Assembly: GCA_947259165.1 (NCBI GenBank)
Contig: CAMYKY010000003.1
Coordinates: 27,262 to 91,261, forward strand
Length of the DNA: 64,000 nucleotides
Direction: 5' to 3'
Origin: an uncultured Acidobacteriota bacterium
GTDB taxonomy: Bacteria; Acidobacteriota; Vicinamibacteria; Marinacidobacterales; SMYC01
The position numbers and the translations under genes are program-made. The notes under the pieces are model-generated. The model had not been told where the DNA came from. It made no database searches and was given only the letters and a program-made list of their open reading frames with translations. Numbering within the stretch: position 1 is the stretch's first letter; each line of letters starts with the position of its first letter. Shown in pieces: positions 20,260-29,764 of this stretch.

Positions 20260-22236
20260 TTACTCATTCCGATCTTTCAGGAACTGGTCGAGGAAGTCGA
20301 GCATGTCCAGCGTCATGCGCCGACGGTTCGCCTTACCGAGCACGTAGTAGTTTTCGTCCTCATAGGTTTCGTAGCGAAACGGTTTGTAGTGGTTCGCGAG
20401 CGTCTGGGCGAACAGCTCCGACTGGTCGGATCCAGGGTAGCGGCCCACCCCATGAACGAGAAAGATGGGAGTCGAGATGTCGGCGACGTAGTAGATGGAC
20501 GAGCTTCGCCGCCACGTCTCCTCGGCCTCGGCGAACGGCCCGAGCTCGTACTCCAGTTGCTTGATGTGCCGGAGCTCGTTCTCCCCATCGTAGAAATGAA
20601 CCCAATCGGCGTAACCGGATGCCGGAATCGCCGCCTGAAAAACACCCGGCGCGAACGTGGCGGCGTTCATGCTCATGATCCCACCGTAGCTCGTGCCCGT
20701 GATCCCCATCTTGCTACCGTCGATATACGGCAGCGTCTTCAGATACTCCACGCCAGCCAAGACGTCGTCGAGATCGCAGTGACCCCAGCAGCCGTTATTC
20801 CCGTCCTCGAACGCCTTGCCGTATCCGGAGCTTCCTCGAATATTCGGATGGAGCACCGCATAGCCGCGCTGCGCAAAGAACTGTGCGTCGCCGGAGCCGC
20901 CTTCACCGAACGGCTCGAACATGTCGCGGTATTGACCGGTGGGGCCACCGTGGACCCAGACAATGCCTGGGACACGGGTGCCAGGAGCGAGGTTGGGCGG
21001 GCGGTAGAGGTATGCGGAGATGGTATAGCCGTCCGAGCTTTCATAGTGGACTTTCTCGGGTACCAAGAGGCGGTCTTCGAAATTGCCCGCGGGCATCGAT
21101 TCGGTGAGTTGCGTGGGCTGCGCGTTGCCGATCGCCGAAACGACATACACGTCTGCCGGCCGCGTGAGCGTCGCCATTTTGAACACGATGCGGCCGCCAT
21201 CCGGCGACCAGGCGGGACTCGACACCCGTCCCGGCTCGGCAGAGACGACGACTCTCGGCGCACCGCCGGCCGAAGAGACGACGCGGAGATCGTAGTGCCC
21301 ATCGTGATTCTCCGTGTAGACGATAGAGCCTCCATCCGGTGACCACAGGGCTTCATGCTGATCGGCGGTAGCGGGCGCTATCCGGCGCGGCTCCCCGCCG
21401 GTCAGGGGAACACTCCAATAATTGATCCAACCGCTCCGGTGCGACGGAAACAAGACTTGCTCTCCATCCGGGGAAACCCGCGGGTAGCCGAAGCGGGTTC
21501 CAGCGCCGTAGTCGAACAAGTCGCGATCGCTCACAACCGTGCGCTCGTGGTCTCCGTTCGCATCGGTCACGATCACGTCGTGGTCCGCCCAGGCCTCGTC
21601 GAGCCGGACGTACACAACGCGACTCGCATCGGGTGTCCAGGTTGGGAAGACCTCGTAGCGTTTGTCGTCGGTGAGGCGATGCACCTCCCCCTCAGGGACC
21701 GAGACTTTCCAGATGTCGTAGTTTCCGTAGCGGTCGCCGGCAAACGCGATCCAACGCTCGTCCGCGGACCACGTCATCGAGTTGATGCGGGCGCCGAGGT
21801 TGGTGAGCCGCAGCTCGCTTCCGTCTTCGGTCGACCAGAGCCAGATCTCGGGTGAGCCGCTCTTGTTAGAGACATAGGAGATCCATCGGCCTTGCGGTGA
21901 CCAGCCCGGCATCTGCGAGGTGAGAAAGTGTCCGGCGCCCCCCAATTCGATCGGCACCCGAATGGGAAACCCTCCCTCGGGCGAAAGCGTTGCCAAGCCA
22001 CCCGCGAAGCTCGATGTAATGAGGATGCGTTTGCCGTCCGGGGACCAGGCGGGGGAGCCGCTGACTACGGAGGTAATGGAGAGGAGCTGGTCGATGGTCA
22101 GGATCCCATCGGCGTCGTTTGCGCGGCTTTCCACGGGAAAGACGCCTACCCAGGCAAGGATCAACCATAGAGTGAACGCCAACTTCGTGCTGCTCCGCGG
22201 TTCAGTTAGGCGTGGGGGATGCGTTTTCGAGCTCAT
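20260..22236 (-). CDS. S9 family serine peptidase (prolyl oligopeptidase/DPP-like) with N-terminal TolB-like beta-propeller
   Basis: 658 aa with a signal peptide. Repeated SPDG propeller motifs. Catalytic nucleophile block MGITGTSYGG and a C-terminal alpha/beta hydrolase fold. Confidence 0.88.
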   Translation of the reverse strand: MSSKTHPPRLTEPRSSTKLAFTLWLILAWVGVFPVESRANDADGILTIDQLLSITSVVSGSPAWSPDGKRILITSSFAGGLATLSPEGGFPIRVPIELGGAGHFLTSQMPGWSPQGRWISYVSNKSGSPEIWLWSTEDGSELRLTNLGARINSMTWSADERWIAFAGDRYGNYDIWKVSVPEGEVHRLTDDKRYEVFPTWTPDASRVVYVRLDEAWADHDVIVTDANGDHERTVVSDRDLFDYGAGTRFGYPRVSPDGEQVLFPSHRSGWINYWSVPLTGGEPRRIAPATADQHEALWSPDGGSIVYTENHDGHYDLRVVSSAGGAPRVVVSAEPGRVSSPAWSPDGGRIVFKMATLTRPADVYVVSAIGNAQPTQLTESMPAGNFEDRLLVPEKVHYESSDGYTISAYLYRPPNLAPGTRVPGIVWVHGGPTGQYRDMFEPFGEGGSGDAQFFAQRGYAVLHPNIRGSSGYGKAFEDGNNGCWGHCDLDDVLAGVEYLKTLPYIDGSKMGITGTSYGGIMSMNAATFAPGVFQAAIPASGYADWVHFYDGENELRHIKQLEYELGPFAEAEETWRRSSSIYYVADISTPIFLVHGVGRYPGSDQSELFAQTLANHYKPFRYETYEDENYYVLGKANRRRMTLDMLDFLDQFLKDRNE

Positions 22237-22436
22237 TGGGCAACTCCGTTGGGATCGATAGGATCCGTGGAACTAGTGCAGCATAGCAACGCGCGAAAAA
22301 TCGTGCCCAACTGACTGCATGGCCGAGCAAGGGGAGTGGGGAGAAAGAAAAGGCGCGGACGTGCCCGATGGTAGTGCGACGTCGTTAGCGGGGTTGAACG
22401 GCCTCGGCCCGCCGAGGGAAAGAAATCGACGCGCGA

Positions 22437-22467
22437 AAGAGCTCGAGACCCAAAGTCTCGAGCTCTT
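22437..22467 (-). terminator. Stem-loop downstream of the RRM gene (candidate intrinsic terminator)
   Basis: Perfect 13-bp inverted repeat AAGAGCTCGAGAC / GTCTCGAGCTCTT with a 5-nt loop, about 40 nt after the stop at 22506. The T-tract on the minus strand is only moderate. Confidence 0.5.
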
Positions 22468-22505
22468 CGCGATAAAGCGTTTCAGTCAGGCGGGTTCAGC
22501 CGGAC

Positions 22506-22796
22506 TTACCAGCGACGTCCGCCGCCGCCGCCACCACCGCCACCGCCTTCGTTCTTCGGTCGAGCTTCGTTGACGTTGAGAGTCCTTCCGCCGAGCTCGG
22601 TTCCGTTGACGCCGCGGATCGCAGCTTGAGCGGCCGAGCTGTCCGCCATCTCGACGAACGCAAACCCGCGTGGGCGGCCCGTGTCACGATCCGTGATCAC
22701 GTTAACGGTATTAACCTCGCCATAAGTCGCGAAGACGTCTCTGAGCTGCTGCTCGGTGACGTCAAAAGAGCAATTGCCTACATAAATATTTGCCAT
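22506..22796 (-). CDS. RRM-type RNA-binding protein with glycine-rich tail
   Basis: RNP-2 NIYVGNC and RNP-1 RGFAFVEM. C-terminal GGGGGGGGGGRRW. Confidence 0.9.
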   Translation of the reverse strand: MANIYVGNCSFDVTEQQLRDVFATYGEVNTVNVITDRDTGRPRGFAFVEMADSSAAQAAIRGVNGTELGGRTLNVNEARPKNEGGGGGGGGGGRRW

Positions 22797-22982
22797 GAAA
22801 CTGTTTCCTGTACGAAAGGGGCGAAGCGAGGGCTGACGGAGGTGTGGTGGCGATCACCAGCAAGAAGGATTCTGCGAAAAGCCATCGGATAGCCGACTGC
22901 GCCATAGTCATCTATTCCCACACGTTTGTCAACTCGGCACTCGCCGGCGATTCCTCTGGGCGTTTCAGCACCAGGTGCGATA

Positions 22983-23528
22983 ATGGTGAGCGATGCAACC
23001 TACATGAAGGACGGAGCGGTGCGCGGCACCTTGAAGCGGATCGCGCTGGTTTGCTTCACCGTCAGTCTTCGCCTATCTCGTTGGCAGCGCCAGCAAGAGG
23101 GGTCGACGCCCTATGATCTCGGTGGTTCTTGCCAAGGGTGCGGCACCTGCTGTGAAGCTCCGGCTATTCGTGTCGGGCGCGCCACCTGGTATCTCCCCAC
23201 ACTCAGATATCTCTTCTTACGGTGGCACGAGACCGTCAACCGGTTCCACGTTCAATCGACGAGCGCGGGTGAACGCACGTTCGTTTTCACCTGCGATCAT
23301 TTCGACTGGTCTGCCAGGCGCTGCGATAGCTACGAATCTCGGCCCGGCTTGTGTCGCGACTACCCGCGCGCCCTGATGGATCAGTCTGCTCCGATACTCT
23401 TCCCCGATTGTGGATACCGAGCGCTCTCCGTCAATCGACAAGAACTCGTTCGAATCCTAGCGACTCAGGATCTCGGGACCGAGCAGCTCGAGAAACTAAA
23501 GAAGGGACTCTACCTCGACGGCAACTAA
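22983..23528 (+). CDS. YkgJ-family cysteine-cluster (putative Fe-S/Zn) protein
   Basis: CxxCxxCC motif (CQGCGTCCE) plus a second Cys cluster (CDHFDWSARRCDSYESRPGLCRDYP). ATG 22983 was chosen. The longer TTG 22926 start would overlap the divergent promoter. Confidence 0.68.
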   Translation: MVSDATYMKDGAVRGTLKRIALVCFTVSLRLSRWQRQQEGSTPYDLGGSCQGCGTCCEAPAIRVGRATWYLPTLRYLFLRWHETVNRFHVQSTSAGERTFVFTCDHFDWSARRCDSYESRPGLCRDYPRALMDQSAPILFPDCGYRALSVNRQELVRILATQDLGTEQLEKLKKGLYLDGN

Positions 23529-23579
23529 GTGCGTCGTTGCTTAGCTCAAGCGTCTCCGAGCACCGCGATCCCAGGCCCT

Positions 23580-23608
23580 TTGCCCTCGCCGCCGGTTTCG
23601 ACTATAAT
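23580..23608 (+). promoter_or_regulatory. Sigma70-type promoter for the second RRM gene
   Basis: TTGCCC (23580-23585), a 17-nt spacer, then a perfect TATAAT (23603-23608). This would give a 5' UTR of about 70 nt before ATG 23684. Confidence 0.5.
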
Positions 23609-23683
23609 AGCGACTCCCGTATAGGGGCAAAGCCCACGCGCTCCAATGAATTTTCGTGAGCGTCCCCTCCGAAAGCAGGTTAA

Positions 23684-23920
23684 ATGAAACTCTACGTGGG
23701 TAATCTTCCTTATAACGTCTCCGAGGAATCCATCCGAAAGCTCTTTTCGCGCCATGGGCAGGTGCACGACGTCTGGATCGGCAATACGCGCGTCGGGTCC
23801 CCTCACGGCTACGGGTTCGTTCATATGCCGAACGGCTCGAACGCGGAGAAAGCCATCTCGGTTCTCGACGGTATTCAGTTCGAGGGAAGCGAGATCACCG
23901 TTCACCAAGCGAAAGACTAA
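23684..23920 (+). CDS. RRM-type RNA-binding protein (short, no Gly tail)
   Basis: RNP-2 KLYVGNLPY and RNP-1 GYGFVHM. 78 aa. Confidence 0.9.
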   Translation: MKLYVGNLPYNVSEESIRKLFSRHGQVHDVWIGNTRVGSPHGYGFVHMPNGSNAEKAISVLDGIQFEGSEITVHQAKD

Positions 23921-23935
23921 CCCCCCGCAACCACC

Positions 23936-25051
23936 ATGAGCTTGCGCGGATCCCCTCTTTTAAGGCCTGAAATGCCGATCTGGAAGGAAGCTATTGCCCC
24001 ACACCTGGAGCCGAGGCTCATGCAAAGCTCCTGGCAACTCCTCAATACACTGATTCCGTATGTCGCGCTCGTGAGCCTGATGGCATGGACCGCGCCTCGG
24101 GCCTGGTGGCTGAGTCTGCTCATCGCCGTTCCCGCCGGGGCCTTGCTGGTTCGCATCTTCGTTCTATTCCACGACTGCGCGCATGGCTCGTTTTTCCGAT
24201 CGTCCTGGGCGAACCACTTCTGGGGAGTTGTCTTGGGGCTAGCAACGTTTACTCCCTTCGGCGAGTGGCGGTATTCGCACGTGCTGCATCACGCGTCCGC
24301 GGGCGACCTGGATCGTCGTGGCACCGGCGACATTTGGACGCTTACAATTCAGGAGTATTTGGAGGCCTCGCGTTGGAAGCGCTTCTCCTATCGCCTCGCG
24401 CGCAATCCGTTCGTTTTGTTCGTCGTGGCACCGCTCGTCGTGTTCCTCGGAGAGTATCGGTTTCCTAGGAGAGGCGCGGCGAAGCGCGAACGCATGAGTG
24501 TCTATTGGACGAACGCTGCCATCATCGCGATTGTCGCCGCGGCGAGTCTCACCATCGGTTTCAAAACCTACCTGCTCGTTCAACTGCCCGTGTTAATGGT
24601 CGCAGGACTGGTGGGCGTGTGGTTGTTTTATGTACAGCATCAGTTCGAAGGGGTCTATTGGAAGAGGGGAAAGGATTGGGACTTCGAAGCGGCCGCTCTG
24701 AAAGGAAGCTCCTTCTACGATCTACCCGGACTCTTGCAATGGTTCAGCGGAAGTATCGGGTTCCACCACGTGCATCACTTGAGTCCAGCCATTCCCAATT
24801 ACAACCTCGAAAAATGCCATCGCGAGCTACCGATGTTCCAGAAGGTGAAGACTTTGACGTTGGTCTCGAGCATGAAGTCCTTGACCTTGCGCCTCTGGGA
24901 CGAGCAACGAGGAAAGCTCGTGTCGTACCGCAGACTCCGAGAGATCCGGCGAGCAAGCAGCGCCGAGAGTATCATCGCCGGGGACCTGAGTCCAAAATCC
25001 TATCAAGCCGAAACCAGGTCGAGGCCCTCCTCGTCTTCTTCGGGACAATGA
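23936..25051 (+). CDS. Membrane fatty-acid desaturase
   Basis: Three histidine boxes HDCAH, HVLHH and HHVHH, with TM segments between them. Confidence 0.88.
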   Translation: MSLRGSPLLRPEMPIWKEAIAPHLEPRLMQSSWQLLNTLIPYVALVSLMAWTAPRAWWLSLLIAVPAGALLVRIFVLFHDCAHGSFFRSSWANHFWGVVLGLATFTPFGEWRYSHVLHHASAGDLDRRGTGDIWTLTIQEYLEASRWKRFSYRLARNPFVLFVVAPLVVFLGEYRFPRRGAAKRERMSVYWTNAAIIAIVAAASLTIGFKTYLLVQLPVLMVAGLVGVWLFYVQHQFEGVYWKRGKDWDFEAAALKGSSFYDLPGLLQWFSGSIGFHHVHHLSPAIPNYNLEKCHRELPMFQKVKTLTLVSSMKSLTLRLWDEQRGKLVSYRRLREIRRASSAESIIAGDLSPKSYQAETRSRPSSSSSGQ

Positions 25052-25260
25052 ATGTAGCACACCCGCCTCGCGTCGAGACTGCAAGGAACGTCCGTTAATC
25101 ACCGCTCGTCGTGCCAATCACTTGAGGTGTCGATTCCAATCTGGGATACTTTAGCGTTGCATTAACGCTGCGCCTTCACTTCGACAGACGCCTTCAGGGG
25201 GATGCTCTTCGTCATCCATCAGCGTATGGAAAAATCGAACGATTTGCTCGGAGGAGATAA

Positions 25261-25581
25261 ATGACCCTGCGGTCCGAGTACGTCGGCTTCACCACCGACG
25301 AGACCTCCAGGATTTACACGATGCGCGTGAGGAAACCCGGAGGGATTTTGCTCGAGTTTCGAATTGCCATCGACAACCAGTCTTTTCTGTCTAAGAAGGT
25401 TCGCTATCAAGACGCCGCAGAGATTTGTTTCCTGAAGCTCGAGCGAGAGTTGAGCTTGTGTGACGAAGACTCGACACCAGCTGCTTACATGCAGATCACC
25501 GACGCCGAGCTCGACGAGTATCGCGAAGCCCACACGAAGAAAGCTCCGCCGCCGCGCCCGAGGTTTCCTGCCGATTCCTAG
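25261..25581 (+). CDS. Hypothetical protein
   Basis: 106-aa ORF with GGAGG 7 nt upstream of the ATG and balanced composition. No family recognised. Confidence 0.55.
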   Translation: MTLRSEYVGFTTDETSRIYTMRVRKPGGILLEFRIAIDNQSFLSKKVRYQDAAEICFLKLERELSLCDEDSTPAAYMQITDAELDEYREAHTKKAPPPRPRFPADS

Positions 25582-25605
25582 TTTTCTGCGAACCGGGCTC
25601 AGCAG

Positions 25606-26565
25606 CTAGCGGCCGAGAGTCGAGCCCACTGCCCTCGCGGCAACGCCGAGCGCCCCGCCTACGGCCAAAAAACCCTTGGCGAGCGCGTTGCCCGATTTCT
25701 CGTCCGCTTCCTGCAATCCACCATTCGCTTTTCCCAAAGCTCCGACAATGTCGCCACCGATGGACAAAGAGTAATGCTGAGGTCGCCACTGCCCGTTGGC
25801 GCGGGCCAACACCGGCTCGTCGCTAGAATCGAGACGCGCCACGAGGGCGAGATCGAAGTCTCTCCTGAGCTTGGACGCCAGTGGCCAATCTTCAGATGCG
25901 ATCCACTCGGCGCCGTCGGCCGGCGCATCCGCCTCGCCGAGATTGAGAAGAGGACCCGGGGACATAGCGACCATGTCGCGACAGGCGTCCACGCCGCAGC
26001 CGCGCTCGCTGCAAAGCGCCCGGCTGAGATAGGACGCGTGCTTGCCCTTCGCGATCCACACGTTGGGCCCGGCGGTCACGGCACCGATCGCCTCCGCCCG
26101 GGCGGCATTGCTCGTATCGCAAACGGTGTCTTCATGCGCAGCGGCATACCAGTACAACGCAACCCAGTCGTCCACGCTCGAGGTGAGAGACGAAGCGACC
26201 ACCAAGGCCGAGACGCGTTCGACGTCGAGCGGGTGGGGACTCAATGGACCGCAGTCCCGATCCCACAGGTGGTAGTAGCTGAGCGTCAGCGCCACGCGGT
26301 CACGGCCCATCGCCGCCGATGGCGCCACCCGGGTGTAGACGGCGCCATTGCGGGCGAAAACGCGCGGCTTGGCTGAGTCGGCGCGAAATTCCGCCGGGCG
26401 TCCGGCGCACTCGTTCGCGTCTAGCCAAAACTGAGGCCGGAAGCGCTCACCGAGCGCGCGTTCGAGTGCGTCGCTCACCCCGTCGCCGTCACGATCCGCG
26501 GCTGTCGCGAGCGGAGCATCCGCGATCCCGCCCAGAAATACTCCCAAAAGCAGAAAGGTTTTCAC
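25606..26565 (-). CDS. Secreted hypothetical protein with NPP1/Vps62-like signature
   Basis: Signal peptide and a DRDGDGVSD calcium-type motif. Blocks LSYYHLWDRDCG...HPLDVERV...VWIAKGKHASY resemble the Y-x-W-x-x-D / H-x-x-D-x-E / KGKHA-x-Y pattern of NLP/Vps62 folds. Confidence 0.5.
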   Translation of the reverse strand: MKTFLLLGVFLGGIADAPLATAADRDGDGVSDALERALGERFRPQFWLDANECAGRPAEFRADSAKPRVFARNGAVYTRVAPSAAMGRDRVALTLSYYHLWDRDCGPLSPHPLDVERVSALVVASSLTSSVDDWVALYWYAAAHEDTVCDTSNAARAEAIGAVTAGPNVWIAKGKHASYLSRALCSERGCGVDACRDMVAMSPGPLLNLGEADAPADGAEWIASEDWPLASKLRRDFDLALVARLDSSDEPVLARANGQWRPQHYSLSIGGDIVGALGKANGGLQEADEKSGNALAKGFLAVGGALGVAARAVGSTLGR

Positions 26566-26678
26566 AATTGGATGATATCAGGCGGAAGCGGCGCCGCGCG
26601 ACACGCCCAACAATATTGGGTTCGCGTCTTGAACAATCGGACAACGACCCGTATCCTCGTTACATAGGAGGAATACAC

Positions 26679-27077
26679 ATGCTCCCAGTACTAGCACTTC
26701 AAGATATGGGCGGCGGCGGCGGCGGCGGTGGTGCCGGCGGCGCGATTAGCGGATTGATCTCCTTGGGGATCATGGTGCTCATGGTGGCCAGCGCCTGGAA
26801 GATTTTCGACAAGGCGGGTGAGCCCGGGTGGGCAGCCATCATTCCGATCTACAACGCCGTCGTGCTCCTCAAGATCGTGGGGCGCCCGGTGTGGTGGTTA
26901 ATCCTAATGTTCATTCCGCTCGTTGGGATCATCATCTCGCTCCTCGTCGTAGTCGATCTCGCCAAATCCTTCGGCCAGGGGATAGGTTACGCATTAGGCC
27001 TCCTGTTTCTCCCCTTCATTTTCGGACCGATGATGGCTTTCGGTGACGCCCGTTACCAAGGACCCTCGGCCGCCTAA
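26679..27077 (+). CDS. DUF5684-like small membrane protein
   Basis: AGGAGG 8 nt upstream. Gly run, then WKIFDKAGEPGWAAIIPIYN...LKIVGRPVWW, typical of this family. Confidence 0.68.
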   Translation: MLPVLALQDMGGGGGGGGAGGAISGLISLGIMVLMVASAWKIFDKAGEPGWAAIIPIYNAVVLLKIVGRPVWWLILMFIPLVGIIISLLVVVDLAKSFGQGIGYALGLLFLPFIFGPMMAFGDARYQGPSAA

Positions 27078-27218
27078 TCCAACTCGGTTATCCACGGAAT
27101 CCGGCTAGCCGGCGCGACGCGCCGGCTAGCCTTCACCGAACGTGGGCTTCGAACCTCAAACTCCGCAAAAGATCCCTGTGTTATGCTCGGCCGGAAGCGT
27201 GCAAACAGGGAGCTCACC

Positions 27219-28493
27219 ATGTCCGTGAACACGAATCCTCGTCGCGTCGTCACCTTTCTCCTAGCCTGGGTCCTTGCGGGCGCCTGCCTCGCAGCAGAAG
27301 ACCGTGCTGTCGTCAGAGCCGAGGACGTCGGAATGTCCAACGAGCGGTTGGGCAAACTGAGCGACGCCATGGACGGCTACGTCGAAAGAGGAGACCTTGC
27401 TGGGGCAGTGGTCCTCATCGCGCGACGCGGGGAGATCGTTTTTCATCAAGCTTTCGGCGAACGCGACCGCGAGCAAGGTGATGCGATGGAGACCAGCGAC
27501 ATCTTTCGAATCGCGTCGCAGACCAAGGCACTCGTGTCGACCGCGATCCTGATTCTCGAAGAGGACGGCAAGCTGTTGATCTCGCACCCCGTGAGCCGCT
27601 ACCTCCCGTCTTTCAAACAAACCACGGTCGCCGAAGACCGCGAGGGCGGCCGCTACGATATCGTCCCGGCGAAGCGCGAAATCACGCTGCGCGACCTTCT
27701 CACCCACACTGCCGGCGTCAGCTACGGCGACGGACCCACGGCGTATCTCTGGGAACGGGCCGAGATTCAGGGTTGGTACTTCGCAAACCGTGACGAGCTG
27801 GTGCGAGCCACCATCGACCGATTGGCAGCACTTCCTTTCGACGCTCATCCTGGAGAGAAATTTATTTACGGCTATTCCACCGACATTCTGGGCGCGGTCG
27901 TCGAAGTCGCTTCTGGCAAACCTCTCGACGAGTTCCTGAGCACGCGAATCTTTGAGCCGCTCGGCATGAGAGACACTCAGTTCTATCTGCCACCCGACGA
28001 GGCGGACCGACTCGCCACCGTATACTCGGCCGCCGACAGTGGCTTGCAACGCGCTCCCGACCCGGGGCACATGGTCGGACAGGGCAACTACGTGAACGGC
28101 CCGAGAAAAAGCTTTTCGGGAGGCGCCGGTTTGACCTCGACAGCCCACGACTACTCGCGCTTTCTGCAGATGATGCTAGGGGGTGGTGAGCTCGATGGAA
28201 CGCGGATCCTGTCACGCAAAACCGTCGAGCTGATGACGACGAACCATGTCGGTGAGAAGTATCGTCCTGGTCTCGGATTCGGTCTCGGGTACCGAGTCGT
28301 CCTCGATGTCGGAGCCATGGGAGAGCACAGCTCGGTTGGAGAATTCGGCTGGGGCGGCGCCTATCACTCCACGTATTGGGTCGACCCATCGGAACAGCTC
28401 GTCGTTGTCTACATGACGCAGCTCATCCCCGCCGGAGGCCTCGACGACCAGAAGACTCTGCGCGCTCTCGTGTACTCCGCCATAATCGACTAG
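27219..28493 (+). CDS. Serine hydrolase, beta-lactamase/PBP4* (class C-like) family, secreted
   Basis: Signal peptide and SxxK nucleophile motif (ASQTK). YxN-type and C-terminal family blocks. Confidence 0.85.
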   Translation: MSVNTNPRRVVTFLLAWVLAGACLAAEDRAVVRAEDVGMSNERLGKLSDAMDGYVERGDLAGAVVLIARRGEIVFHQAFGERDREQGDAMETSDIFRIASQTKALVSTAILILEEDGKLLISHPVSRYLPSFKQTTVAEDREGGRYDIVPAKREITLRDLLTHTAGVSYGDGPTAYLWERAEIQGWYFANRDELVRATIDRLAALPFDAHPGEKFIYGYSTDILGAVVEVASGKPLDEFLSTRIFEPLGMRDTQFYLPPDEADRLATVYSAADSGLQRAPDPGHMVGQGNYVNGPRKSFSGGAGLTSTAHDYSRFLQMMLGGGELDGTRILSRKTVELMTTNHVGEKYRPGLGFGLGYRVVLDVGAMGEHSSVGEFGWGGAYHSTYWVDPSEQLVVVYMTQLIPAGGLDDQKTLRALVYSAIID

Positions 28494-28499
28494 TGCTCC

Positions 28500-29538
28500 G
28501 TGTCGAGCTTCGCTCGTTACGCCCTTGCGTGGATCGTCTGTTCGTCCGCCTGGCCCGTGCTCGCCGCTGAAGAGGACACCGTCGATAGCACGCCAACGAC
28601 GGCCCGCGCAGCGGACGGTAGCTATATCGCGTGGCGCGAGCACATCAGCGACGACCCGAAGCGTTGGGACTTGTCGACTCTGGCGTCGGGACCGGAAGCC
28701 GCTGCGGCGGAGGACGTCGGCATAGCGGATGCCAATGGCGATGGATACCCGGACGTCGTGGTCGCGTGCGAGCTCGCGCATTTCTTCGCAGACTTCGACG
28801 GCTCCGGCCGGCCCACGGTCGTCGCCGCCAACAAGGGCGGCCAAAACCCCGCGATGGAAACGATAGAACGCGACAACATCTCATTCTACTTGCTCCCCGA
28901 CGATCCTCTCGACGGCGGCCGGTGGCGCGAGCAAGTCCTCGGCAAAGTGCGCATCCCGATCAACTCGCAACCCGTCGACCTCGACGGAGGCGGAGACCTC
29001 GACGTGGTCGGCGGCTCGCGCGGTGAGCGCCGCATCTTGTGGTTCGAGAACGAAGGAGGGTTACGTTTCGAGGAGCACGCTATCGACCTCGTGGGCGCCA
29101 CCGGTGAAGGCCGACGGCTCACCGGATTCAACATGGACTACGCCGATCTCGACGGCGATGGCGATCAAGATGTTTTTCGCGGGCGCGTACAGCCGAGGGC
29201 CGCGTGCGCAGGACGGTCCGGAAATCACCGTGAACGATCCGCTCGGCCGCATCGCTTGGTATGAGAGTCCCGGCCGAAACCTTGCTCGACACTGGACGAC
29301 GCACGACATCTCTCGCCGCAAGCGCGGGATGTACGATAAATGGATCGCGCGCGACCTCGACAGTGACGGTGACGTCGACTTCGTCGGCACGCGCGGCAAC
29401 AGCGCCCCCTATGACGGCGTTGTCTGGCTGGAGCAGATTCGTTCTGCCACTCCGGTCGCGTCGTTCGAACAGGCCCGCGTGATCGACAGCAAATCGATGC
29501 CGCTACCGGCGTCAGCACCTGGCACGGGTTTACGGTAG
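28500..29538 (+). pseudogene. Decayed paralog of the FG-GAP/VCBS repeat protein at 52627..54081
   Basis: Colinear with the 484-aa copy but split into ORFs 28500..29264 and 29023..29538 by a 1-nt insertion (GATGTTTTTCGCGGG versus GATATCTTCGCGGG). It also lacks three internal blocks of about 54, 36 and 51 codons. Confidence 0.7.
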
Positions 29539-29568
29539 GATTCTAGTGGAGGCGCCCCAGACCGCTCG

Positions 29569-29675
29569 ATGACGCTCGCCGCAGGCACGAAGCTCGGACT
29601 CTACGAGCTCCTCTTTGCCATCGGCTCGATGACTTCGTAGGAACCGAGACGGGTGCCGGGAGACAGAGCAGCCAT
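29569..29675. pseudogene. Two convergent, overlapping 5' stumps of Ser/Thr-kinase-like genes
   Basis: The + strand reads MTLAAGTKLGLYELLFAIGS(stop). The - strand, from ATG 29675, reads MAALSPGTRLGSYEVIEPMAKRSS(stop). Both match the usual kinase N-terminus L-x-x-G-T-(K/R)-L-G-x-Y-E-(V/L) just before the glycine loop, which is missing. Confidence 0.4.
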
Positions 29676-29764
29676 CGCTAATTATTTACCGTTTTGGTGT
29701 GCAATTCACGGTGTAATCGGTTGTCGTCATGAACTCCTTTGAAAACACGTTCTCGGAGAGTCGC

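Noticed and set aside
26706-26745. GGC/GGT trinucleotide run (also CCGCCG run at about 22515-22550) as a simple repeat or CRISPR-like feature
   Set aside because: Both runs are in frame inside supported CDS and encode glycine tracts (the DUF5684 N-terminus and the RRM protein tail). There is no spacer/repeat periodicity.
28500-29538. FG-GAP gene pair as a diversity-generating retroelement (template/variable repeat)
   Set aside because: There is no reverse transcriptase in the window. Differences between the copies are spread over the whole gene and involve all four bases plus large deletions, not adenine-specific substitutions in a short C-terminal tract.
29686-29730. 14-codon minus-strand ORF (MTTTDYTVNCTPKR) with an AAGGAG Shine-Dalgarno sequence
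   Set aside because: It is too short to evaluate and has no recognisable family. It lies in a scar region full of gene stumps, so it may be the leftover 5' end of a deleted gene.
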